Position numbers and translations under genes: made by a program. A stretch of 64,000 bases of DNA from Camelus ferus (taxonomy: Eukaryota): NCBI RefSeq assembly GCF_009834535.1, contig NC_045696.1, positions 73,720,001-73,784,000 on the forward strand, given 5' to 3'. The notes below the pieces were generated by a model. The model had not been told where the DNA came from and did not search any database. It was given only the letters and a program-made list of their open reading frames with translations. Below, piece by piece: positions 13,026 through 23,031 of this stretch; position 1 is the first letter of the stretch; each line of letters begins with the position of its first letter.

Positions 13026-14567
13026 TAAAAAAAGGAATAAAGAAAATTACTTGGGATCATATAATGGAAAGGAGAAAAAGTTTGATCAGTCTATTTAATC
13101 ATGGTCACAGAAAACAGTAATTTTAAAACAATTTTCCAGAATTACTGATACAGGCAGTTTTTCAATTCAGATGATTCATGTTTCAAAACTCATTCCCATT
13201 TTCCTTGTTTAGAACTTTTAAATTAATAAGGGCACTTGTATACCTGTCCTAGAGAAACTGATGTATGTTTATCTTTAAGACAGTGTGTGTGCATGTGTGT
13301 TTGGGAGATGGTGGGAGAAGCTAAGTCTAATAGTGTGGCAGTGAAGAATAGAAGACAGGAGTACCTTAGGACAGGGTAGAGAGAAGCAACAATCAGCTTT
13401 TTTTTTTAAAAACTACAAGCTGTGTGTCCTTCCTCTCTTACACAATGGTTGTATAGTGAACTACTTACTAATGAAGTGCATTGTGACTGACAGACAACAG
13501 GGTAGAAAATACAGAGTAAAGAACCAGTAGTACAGTTCTACTGGAAATCCCTAGCGATTTTCTAAGCTCTCTGGCACCTGTCATCTAAGTCCTAAGAAAT
13601 GACTCAACGGGCATTTAGCAGACAAAAGGCTATGTTTGAGGGGTTCCGGTCAAGATGGCAGAGTGGTAGGACCACGAGCTTGCCTCTCCTTGGGACTACA
13701 ATGAAACCACAACTGAATGCTAAACAACCATTTAAACCACTGAAAAAAGACTGGAACCTAGTAAAAAAAAAGATCTTCTGCAACTGGAAACAAAGAGGGA
13801 ACCACAGTAGGAGGGGCGTGCTCTCGATATAACTGGGTCCCATACCCCCTGGGTGGGCAACCCACAAGCTGAAGATTTGTTACAGAGGACCTCCCACAGG
13901 GGTGAGAGCTCTAAGCCCCACATCAGGCTCCCCAGCTGGGGGAAGAGGAGGAGACCCCAGTACCTCTGGTTTTGAAGGCCAAGGGGGATTGGCTCTGGGA
14001 GCCTCATGGGACTGGGGAAAACGGAGACTCCATTCACTTGAGGCATACACAGAAACTAATGTGCACCCGGTCCAAGGGAAGAGGCAGTGATTTCATAGGA
14101 ACCTGGGCCAGACCTGCCTGCTGGATTTGTAGGGTCTCCTAGGGACACAGGGGGTGGCTGCGGGTCACTCAGGAGACACAAAGGCTGGTGGTGGACATTC
14201 CGTGAGTGTTAATCTACATGAGCTTTCCTGGAGGCTGATATATTGACTGGATCATTAGCACCAAGAGACCTAGCCCCACCCAACAGCCTGTAGAGAAGTC
14301 TCAGGCCAAACAACATACCTGGTGGGAACACAGCCCCATCCATCATCAGACCTCCTGAGCCACAAAGGCCTCTAGACACAGCCCTGCCCACCAGAGGTCC
14401 AGGACCAAGCTTCACCCAGCAGTGGGCAGGCACTGGCTCCTCCTGCCAGGAAACCTGCATAAGCCTCTAGCCCAGACTCATCCACAAGGGGCAGATACTA
14501 GAAGTAAGAAAACAATAATCCCAAAGCCTGTGGAAGGAATCCACTAACACATAGAAAGATAGACCAA

Positions 14568-15460
14568 ACGAGGTGGCAAAGGAATATCTCCCAGGCCAAG
14601 GCACAAGATAAAATCCCAGAAGAAGAAATAAGAGATAAGGCGATAGCTAATTTATCTGAGAAAGAGTTTAAAGTAATGATGGCCAAGATGTTCAGAGAAC
14701 TCAAGAGGAGTATAGACGCTCAAAGTGAAGTTCTTACCAAAGAGCTGGCAAACATAAAGAATACCCAAACAGAGTTGAAGAATAAAATCAATGAAATGAA
14801 CAGTACACTAGAAGGAAACAAGAATAGACTAAATGAGGCAGAAGAATGGATCAGTGAGCTAGAAGACAGATTCGTGGAAATCACTACTTCAGAACAGAAA
14901 AAAGAAAAAAGGAATGACGATAGTTTAAGAGAACTCTGGGACAACATGAAGTGTTCTAATATTCACATTATAGGGGTCCCAGAACAAGAAGAGAGACAGG
15001 AAGGACCTGAGAAAATTTTTGGAGAGACAGTAACTGAAAACTTCCCCAACTCGGGAAAGGAAACAGTCCCCCAACTCCTGGAAGCGCAGAGAGTACCACA
15101 CAGAATCAACCCAAAGAAGAACACAAGGTACACACCAAGGTACATAGTCATCAAATCGACAACAATTAAGGATGAGGAGAAAATACTAAGATTAGCAAGA
15201 GAAAAGCAATGAGTAACATACAATGAACTCCCATAAGGTTATCAGCTGATTTTTCAGCAGAAATTCTACAGGCCAGAAGGGAGTGGCACGATATATGTAA
15301 AGTGATGGAAGGGGGAAACTTAAAACCAAGAATACTCTATCCAGCAAGGCTCTCGTTCAGACTTGATGGAGAAATCAAAGGTTTCACAGATAAATAAAAA
15401 CTAAAAGATTTCAGCACCACCCAACCAGCTTTACAACAAATGTTAAAGGACCTTCTCTAG
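14568..15460 (+). pseudogene. L1 ORF1p pseudogene (coiled-coil/RRM/CTD)
   Basis: ORF 14676..15212 is L1 ORF1p-like (LRELWDNMKCSNIHIIGVPE, AQRVPHRINP, TPRYIVIK). In-frame ACG at 14568 is the likely decayed start; TGA at 15210 and small frameshifts precede ...PALQQMLKDLL* ending at 15460. Confidence 0.9.
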
Positions 15461-15519
15461 TCATCAAACCATAAAAGAGAACAAAAAGAAGAAAGAAAAA
15501 AAAAGAGAGACCTACAAAA

Positions 15520-15795
15520 GATTACTTTGGCTGTCTGGGGTCTTTTGAGGTTTCTTATAAATTTTGGAACTGTTTGTTCTAGTTCTGTGAGTAATGTTGT
15601 TGAGTATTTTGATGGGGGTTGCGTTGAATCTGTGGATTGCTTTGGGTAGTGTGGCCATTTTGATAGTGTTGATTCTTCCAATCCAAGAGCACAAGAAATC
15701 TTTCCATTTCTTTGTGCCATTTCGGTTTTCAGAGTATAGGCAACCTCCTTGGCTAAGTTTATTCCTAGGTATTTTGTTGTTTTTGATGTAATGGA
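15520..15795 (-). mobile_element. Inverted L1 ORF2 fragment (end of RT / post-RT region)
   Basis: Minus strand encodes [15 protein letters not shown] and [29 protein letters not shown], hallmark L1 ORF2 motifs. Confidence 0.9.
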
Positions 15796-15915
15796 AATGT
15801 CTCTGCCAATTATAAAATTCTAGTTTTTGAAGTGAAAAAAAAGTGAATGAAGGGCCGCAAAAGGCAAAATATCCTTCTTTTTATGGGTGACTTCTATTCC
15901 ATTTTACATCTACAT

Positions 15916-15960
15916 TATATATATATATATATATATAAAATATGTATAAATATATATATA
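15916..15960. repeat. (TA)n microsatellite
   Basis: Interrupted TA dinucleotide run inside the composite element. Confidence 0.9.
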
Positions 15961-16210
15961 CTGCATCTCCAATATCTATTCAACTATTGATATGCACTTA
16001 AGATGTTTCCATATCTTGGCAATTATAAATGATGTTGCTGTTAATAGCAGGGTGTATGTATGTTTTTGAGTTAATTCTTATTTTGTGGTTGGTTTTATTC
16101 CTTTGATAACTATGTAAGTTTAAAAAGCCAAAGCTCTAAACATTCAAAGAAACAACGAACAGTACATACACGTAAATTAAAAACCACATGTGCAGTAAAA
16201 AAAAAAAAAA

Positions 16211-16725
16211 GATCTATCAAGCCATGAAAGACATAGAAGAAACTTAAAAGTCATTATTACTAAATGAAACAAGCCAGTCTGAAAAGGCTACAAACTGTAG
16301 GATTCCAACCAAATGACATTCTGGAAAAGGCACAGCTACAGAAACAATAAAAAGATCGTAGTTTCCAGAGGTTTGGGGAGAGGAAGGGAGGGAGAAATGA
16401 ATAGATGGAGAACAAGAGATTTTTAGGGCAAATGAAATTATCCTGTATATAGTATAGTGGTGGCTACATATCACTATTCATTTGTCAAAACTCACAGAAT
16501 GTACAATATGAAGAGTAAACCCTAATGTAAACTATGGACTTTGGTTGATAATAACGTCCCCATGCTGGTTCATCGATTGTACCAAATATGCCACACTGAT
16601 AAGGGATGTTGAGGGTAGGGGAGTATATACGTGTGGGTGGGGAGGGCTATGTGGGAACTGTATTTTCTGCACAATTCTGTTGTGAACCTGAAACTGCTCT
16701 AAAAGAATAACTATTAAAAGATTTG
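16211..16725 (+). mobile_element. Ancient L1MC1/2-like 3'UTR end (inside the TSD-bounded composite)
   Basis: ctatcaagccatgaaagac...ccctaatgtaaactatggactttgg...tgtgaacctgaaactgctctaaaa resembles L1MC 3' termini. Confidence 0.75.
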
Positions 16726-16925
16726 TTTTAAAAAAGGCTACGTTTGAGAAAAATAATAGAAAAAAGCAATTCTTCGAAGGACATATGACTCCAGGTATTA
16801 GCCAAAAAAACAGATCCCAGGTTGCCTTACCTAACAGTCAAGTAGTTTTGAGACGTGGAACTTAAATAATGTACTCATGAAACTAAATGGGACACACATA
16901 AAACCTTTTCAGTAAACCTACTTAC

Positions 16926-17042
16926 TTCTAAGTGCTTAGTGGCCTCTTCATTTCTGGACATAAGCATCAACTTTGTACGAATACTCCGCAAATGCATGTC
17001 ACTTAAAATATTTACTCTCTTCACAGTTGCTTCACTGGCAGA
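16926..17042 (-). CDS. FXR1: FXR1 exon 7 (117 nt, [39 protein letters not shown])
   Basis: tgtttag acceptor, GTAAGT donor. Confidence 0.97.
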
Positions 17043-17380
17043 CTAAACAAACAAGTTAATCACTCAAAAACTTAAATGCCTTTTCAAGATAATACAAACA
17101 CAACCTTCCACATAGGGCCTTCCTTGATTTTCGTCTACTGTACTTCTCTCCTCACCTAACATGCCCACCTCCCATTAGTAATCTTTCATTTCTTAACCTT
17201 TGTATTATTTAGATCTGCTCTTCAAATTATGATGGGGAAGTGGAATCCAAGAATCCACACATTAAGAATTTTATTATGTTAATAATGTCATACAAAAAAT
17301 TTTCCTCCTTACTCCAGAGGAGATTTTAAAAATTAACATTATATAACTGCAAAATATTTTTTCTCCCACACTGTATTTTA

Positions 17381-17530
17381 TTTATTTATTTTTAAATTTT
17401 TTGGAGTGGGGGAGGCAATTAGGTTTATTTATTTATTTACTTATTTTTTAATGGAGGTACTGGGGATTGGACCCAGGACCTCATGCATGCTAAGCACAAG
17501 TATACCAATGAGCTCTACCCTCCCCCAACC
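17381..17530 (-). mobile_element. tRNA-derived SINE (Vic-1-like)
   Basis: Pol III A/B-box head (tagagctca...ctgggtccaatcccc), AT-rich tail, approximate TSD acac(t/a)gtatttta. Confidence 0.85.
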
Positions 17531-17643
17531 AATACACAGTATTTTAAGCCACTTATACCAAGTTAGCTTTTATCTTTGGAAATATTTACTTATAAAAACT
17601 ATGCAATATCCATTAGCTATCTTAAAATATGGAGTTCACTTAC

Positions 17644-17737
17644 CAGTATCATTAGCTGCGTGGTTTCCGGATGGTAAAAAATTCTGCATGCTCCCACTGC
17701 TTTCTTAAAATCTTTATGTGCATTTTCATTAGCACAC
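17644..17737 (-). CDS. FXR1: FXR1 exon 6 (94 nt, [31 protein letters not shown])
   Basis: ctccttag acceptor, GTAAGT donor. Confidence 0.97.
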
Positions 17738-17967
17738 CTAAGGAGAAATTAATTCATGTTTAAGACCTAAATAATAGGTTAAATTTAAGAGGGCAATTAT
17801 AATGCAAATTAAGTAGTTTATTTTAGCACCATCCATTAAAACTTTTGTGTACTAAAAAGATTTTCTATCAAAGTTTTTGATTGGGTATTTAGGGAAAAGA
17901 GATTTTTGTAGTACTGAAAAATCCTCTTAATTCACAAAGCAATTCAATAGTAAACAAAATTACTCAC

Positions 17968-18116
17968 GCCTCTCTCAAATCCTCAGGAACATCCACTGTG
18001 CATTTAAAGAAGGTATTTTTTTTGACAGTTTTATTTTGATTGACAGGTCGAAGTCGTTCAAATGTGACTATTTCATTGTAAGTGGCATCACAAGCAGCAT
18101 ATTCAATGACATAAAA
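17968..18116 (-). CDS. FXR1: FXR1 exon 5 (149 nt, [50 protein letters not shown])
   Basis: cttttag acceptor, GTGAGT donor. Confidence 0.97.
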
Positions 18117-18526
18117 CTAAAAGACATCAAAATACTTTAAAAATCCCATCTGAACAAAAATAATGAGCTTTAAATGAAGTCCTAATTACCTTGCTCAGCT
18201 TAACCAGTAGACCCTCCCCCTGTGGCATGAAAACACAGCTTAAATTACATCAATCTGATTTGCCTGAACTAGATTATAGGTTCTTAACAAGCATGAACCT
18301 TGATGGTCCTTACATGCTTGTGGTATACCTCTAGAGAGGAGCTTTGGCGTTTGCAAATCCAGAACACAAACAGAAATTAAGGGTCTCATGAATTTTTTGA
18401 ATGTGTGACTATTTCTGAAGTAGGCTTTTAGAAACAAAACTAAAAGTTGGAGTAACATTTATAAAAACCAACAGTCGAAGTACTTCCTTGGAAACTAGTC
18501 ACAAAGCAAGCGTTAACAACACTTAC

Positions 18527-18598
18527 TTCTCCCTTCATCATTCGAACTTTAGCCAACCACCATCCACATGGTTCTTGATCATTTGCTCTTGAATATAC
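18527..18598 (-). CDS. FXR1: FXR1 exon 4 (72 nt, [24 protein letters not shown]), Agenet 2
   Basis: cttgttag acceptor, GTAAGT donor. Confidence 0.97.
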
Positions 18599-20741
18599 CT
18601 AACAAGAAAAAACAGATCCTTATTCATTCATTCCAAGATTTCAACACTGTAAGTAATGCCTTATTATAAATGCCAAATTCCATTAAACTCAAGAATCAAA
18701 AATGTTATTATATTGAAACTGGCATACTACACATAGCTTAATAAAAAGAGTCACGCATGCTTAAATTTTACTACTGAAAAATAAAACCGAATCCTTTTTG
18801 GGTAATTTGCCTCTTTGGAAAATGAACTGCAAATTCACGAGGGTTTACTAAACATAAATAAATATTATTGTAAAGAATTGTTTCTTACAAGGCAGTTTTA
18901 TACATAGTGAAAAACACAGGTCTTTCTGTTTTTGTCAAGACTGTACATCAAGCACTTCATTTTGATGATTCAAGTTATGATTCAAATATCAAAAGTAAGA
19001 ATAAGCTACAACTTCAATAACATGTATTTTAAGTCTGATGTCAGTATTTATAAAATGTTGAAATTAAGAACTGTATTCAGAAAGTGATAAACCCTATTTT
19101 AAAATTCCTTCAAGGTTATGACATTTAAATCCCTTGCTGAAGGACTTAAATGTACTAAAAACTTTAGCTGAACAACAAAAAAATTACACACATTCAGCAT
19201 CTAGCAGAATACGTTAAGTATCTTAGAAAACCTCCTACCTAAAGAAATCTGTATCTTATATACTCTACATCTATAATTATCAAGTATTTTTAAACACAAC
19301 TTTAGAAGTTTCCACTGAGGATTAGAGTTATTTCTTATGACACAGCAGCTTGTTTGATGTATTTTCAATACACGGAAAATGGGGGCAGGGGGTTGTGAAG
19401 AGATAATTAATACCCCCACAAAAATCTTGGTTAAAGTAAGGTTGCCCCGGTACAGGTGGCCAGAGAACTCTACCAATCAATACATGTCGATCAATACATA
19501 AAGCCATCTATGAAATAATGCAAACAACTACGGACAGGCAAACAGTTCTGGAAAACCTGAAGTTTCTATCAACATGATCTGAGAGTTATCTCGGAAGTGG
19601 TAGACTATTAAAAGTAAAAATAAATTATGCCAAAACTTCATGATCAACTTTATCATATGCCATAATTAGAGAAAAAATAAGAGCGATAAAGGAAAAAAAA
19701 AAAAGCAAGGCCTCTATAATAATCTCCAGTAAATTCAATTTTAGCTTCTGCATTTCTTTTATGAGCAAATCTATTTCATGACTTTTATCCTTTCTTATAG
19801 ATCTCCCAAAAAACATGAAATTTTACTTTTTAAGAATAGAATAAAACTCTATCTTACAATTATTATATGCATCCAGTGAATCCTATCACAAATCTAAGGC
19901 AGAATCCATCAATCTTATTTTTTCTATACACTGAAAAACTTTGCTATTTTCATCATCATTCATCAATTATTCACACCTATGCTTTTAAAAAATTTTAAAG
20001 AAAACAGAAGGATGATGGCATCACCTGGAAAGGATACAACAGTACATTTTATTGTTACTACTGCATCATCTTCATTTCATAGTCTTTCAAGAAAGTATAT
20101 AAAAAGGCTGGAGATATCACTCTTGTAGTCTGCTTTTGGCTGTCATTAAACAACTGGAAATTCAGAATTTCTATTTTATACCCATTAATTGCAAAGAGAA
20201 AAAAACTGAGAGGAAAGATTTTCACGATTATGAAAGGGATCAATCAGACTGATGCAGTGAGACAGATAACAACACTCTAGATTCTAATGATGAATGTGAA
20301 ATTATCTTATAAGCAGAATCTCAGACTATGACGTCTTCAGGTGGCAACATACTTGCTGAATATTCCCAACCAACATACTTCTAAGGAGAAAAATGTAATC
20401 TTTAGTATTCTCACCCAGCTAGTCATTCAACTGTGACTTCATCATACAAAATCCTGCAACAAGATTTTGGACCACAGTGTTTTTCTAAAAGGACACATGA
20501 CAGTATTCTTTCACCTTTTTATGTCTGCATACCAAAATGTACTTGATACAGTTCACAAGAGAACAAAAGCCAAAAGCAGCTGGGTATAAAAAGAGAACTA
20601 GAAATAAAACAGATAATGAAATGCACTGAATACAATGAAATAGTCAATCCCATTGGTTAAATATGAAAATGGTTTGATTATAGTGCAAAGATGACAATGC
20701 TCTGTTCAATAAGATTAGAAGTCACCAAAAGTTCCAAAATA

Positions 20742-20958
20742 CAAATGACCCTTGAAAAGCACAGGAGTTAGGGGCATCAATCCTCCATGCAGTCAAAAAA
20801 TCGAGAATAACTTTTAGCCAGCCCTCTGTTTATGCAGTTCCACATATGTGGACTTAGTCAACCACTGATCACGTAGTACTGTAGTATTTGCCACTGAAAA
20901 CAATCCAAGTGTAAGTGGACCCATGCAGTTCAAACCCATGTCGTTCAAGGGTCAACTG
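20742..20958. mobile_element. TcMar-Tigger2/MER8-like MITE
   Basis: TIRs caaatgacccttgaa / ttcaagggtcaactg with TA on both flanks. Confidence 0.85.
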
Positions 20959-21049
20959 TATTCTTAAAGTACTGCATTCTGATAACTCAAGTGTTCAGAT
21001 AAAATAGAAGAAATGATAAATTACAACTTCTTAGAGATGGACTGTAACT

Positions 21050-21210
21050 TTTTTTTTCTAAATTGAAGTGTAGTTGATTTACAATGTTAGTTTCAGGTAT
21101 ACAGCAAAGTGACTCAGTTATACGTATACATATATTTTTTTTTTTTCAGATTCTTTCCCATTATGTTATTACAAGAAACTGAATATAGTTCCCTGTGCTA
21201 TACAGGAGGT
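21050..21210 (-). mobile_element. L1 3' end fragment (laurasiatherian type)
   Basis: ttgaagtgtagttgatttacaatgtt...tgaatatagttccctgtgctatacag. Confidence 0.8.
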
Positions 21211-21429
21211 CTGTGGACTTTGATATCAGTATTTGCAAGATGGGTATGTTCTGGGTTTACACACGACAGCTAATGAGCAATAAGTAACTTTACTCATTTT
21301 AGGTGTATATATATATTGTCAAAACCAGCAAGATATAGAAAACTTGGACTTTTGTTTAAATGCTTATTAAAAAGAATAATGCTAATATCTTCACCATCCT
21401 CTTATTTTTACTCCTATAAAATTGTATGT

Positions 21430-21576
21430 GGGGGAGAGTGTAGCTCAGCGGTAGAGCGCATGCTTAGCATGCTCAAAGTCCTGGGTTCAATCTACAGTAC
21501 CTCCACAAAAAAATAATAAAGTAAAATAAAAAATAAACAATTAAACCTAATCACCTCTCTCCAAAAAAATTTTTTT
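21430..21576 (+). mobile_element. tRNA-derived SINE (Vic-1-like)
   Basis: gtagctcagcggtagagcgcatgcttagcatg...ctgggttcaatc; TSD aatt(g/a)tatgt at 21420-21429 / 21577-21586. Confidence 0.9.
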
Positions 21577-22601
21577 AATTATATGTAAAACTATTTTAAA
21601 ATATATAAAACAACAAAAATGGTTCACTGGACCCAACTATTTTCCCTAGTATACTGAGGATTAAGAAAAAAAAAAAAAAAGGAAACCTAAGAACAAGGAA
21701 AATGCCCATTCCAGGCACTATCTCAGAAAGGCAGTTGAGCTAAACAGACTGAAGTATCTCTTGGTGACCTGTAGTGGATGGGTGCACCCTTAGCTTGAAT
21801 GCTGAAAAAATGGGTCTTAAAACTACCTGTTCTAATTCTTTTTTCACCAAAGAATAACCTTCTAGGAATCTGGCCTCCTACATAAGTTTACCTCTGAAAA
21901 AGACAATAAACCATTTTGGATTGCCTTGAGACTTTCTCACTGAATATTAAATGTCAGATTCTGTTTTATACTTACATCCACCTCTTTAAGCTTCATTAAT
22001 AACTATACCCCTGACGGACAAAGCCATCTCATAGACCCAAATAAACCTAATTTCCTGGCCTGAATCAAAATGCAATGGATTTGGCTCCACTTGAATGTTG
22101 CAGGTCAAATCAAATCCTTTACAAAATGAACAGCATTATCTCGACACAATAAAAAAATCATTTTAACAACCCAGCATTAAAACTGTGCCCTAGTGTACTA
22201 TACCTGAGATGTTGATTACTAAACTTACGACTATGTCATTAGAGTAAAAGCACCTCATAGAAATTCCCTTACTTCAGATTTCACTTACATCTCCAAACTA
22301 TTCCAAGGGAGCAATTAACACTCTAAGGTAATGGCCCTCATTGCTCTAACATTCTAAGCTTCTTCAAATCCAAAGAAGTTTTAAAAAAGCAGAAGACTAA
22401 GGAGTGCCCATGAGAGACTTAAAAACACAGTAGTTCTCAGAATGAAGAAGGAAGGCTACAGTTTCCTGGAATAGGGGATGAAATATGAAGAATCAAATTT
22501 CAAAAGCCTGTTTCAGGACTCTTTCTACCAAATGAATCCAAGTCAAACCTTATTATAAAATGGTCTTCAAATTGCAGCACACAATCAAACTAAGACACAA
22601 T

Positions 22602-23031
22602 GGAGAAACAGACTCACAGACACAGAAAACAAATTTATGGTTACCAAGAGAGGAAGGGGGTGGGAAAGGATACAATGAGAATTCAAGATTTGCAGACACT
22701 GGGGGGTGGGTCGATCGCTCAATGGTAGAGTGCATGCTTAGCATGCATGAGGTCTTGGGTTCAATCCCCAGCATCTCTACTTAAAAAAAAAAAAAAAAAT
22801 TGCAGACACTAACTACTACATATAAAATAGATAAATAAGTTTATACTGTATAGCATAGGAAACTATATTCAGTATCTTGTAGTAGTAACTTATGGTGAAA
22901 AAGAATATGAAAACAAATATAAGTATGTTCCTATATGACTGAAGCATTGTGCTGTACACCAGGAATTGTCACAACATTGTAAGCTGACTATACGTCAATA
23001 AAAATTTTTTTTTTAATTTTAATTTAAAAAA
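22602..23031 (+). mobile_element. L1 3'UTR fragment interrupted by a SINE
   Basis: gaaacagactcacagacacagaaaacaaatttatggttacc...acaacattgtaagctgactatacgtcaataaa; TSD aagaca(c/t)aat at 22592-22601 / 23032-23041. Confidence 0.85.
22701..22799 (+). mobile_element. tRNA-derived SINE (Vic-1-like, short form) nested in L1
   Basis: tRNA-like head, A17 tail, TSD ttgcagacact at 22690-22700 / 22800-22810. Confidence 0.92.

Larger units (their letters stand above)
13641..16731 (+). mobile_element. Composite ORF1-only L1-derived retroelement (HAL1-like) with probable 3' transduction
   Basis: Starts GGGTTCCGGTCAAGATGGC (L1 5' end with YY1 motif); 17-bp TSD aaaaggcta(t/c)gtttgag at 13624-13640 and 16732-16748. 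Confidence 0.8.

Noticed and set aside
14676..15212. 178-aa ORF as a functional or domesticated gene (L1TD1-like)
   Set aside because: Fragment of an L1 ORF1 with a lost start codon, a premature TGA and downstream frameshifts, consistent with neutral decay.
13641..15795. Simple twin-primed L1 insertion
   Set aside because: Twin priming yields an inverted 5' segment plus a sense 3' end of the same element; here the 5' end is sense, the middle is inverted and the 3' end belongs to a different, older family.
21430..21505. tRNA-Ala-like sequences as genuine tRNA genes
   Set aside because: Degenerate acceptor stems, A-rich tails and TSDs identify them as SINEs.
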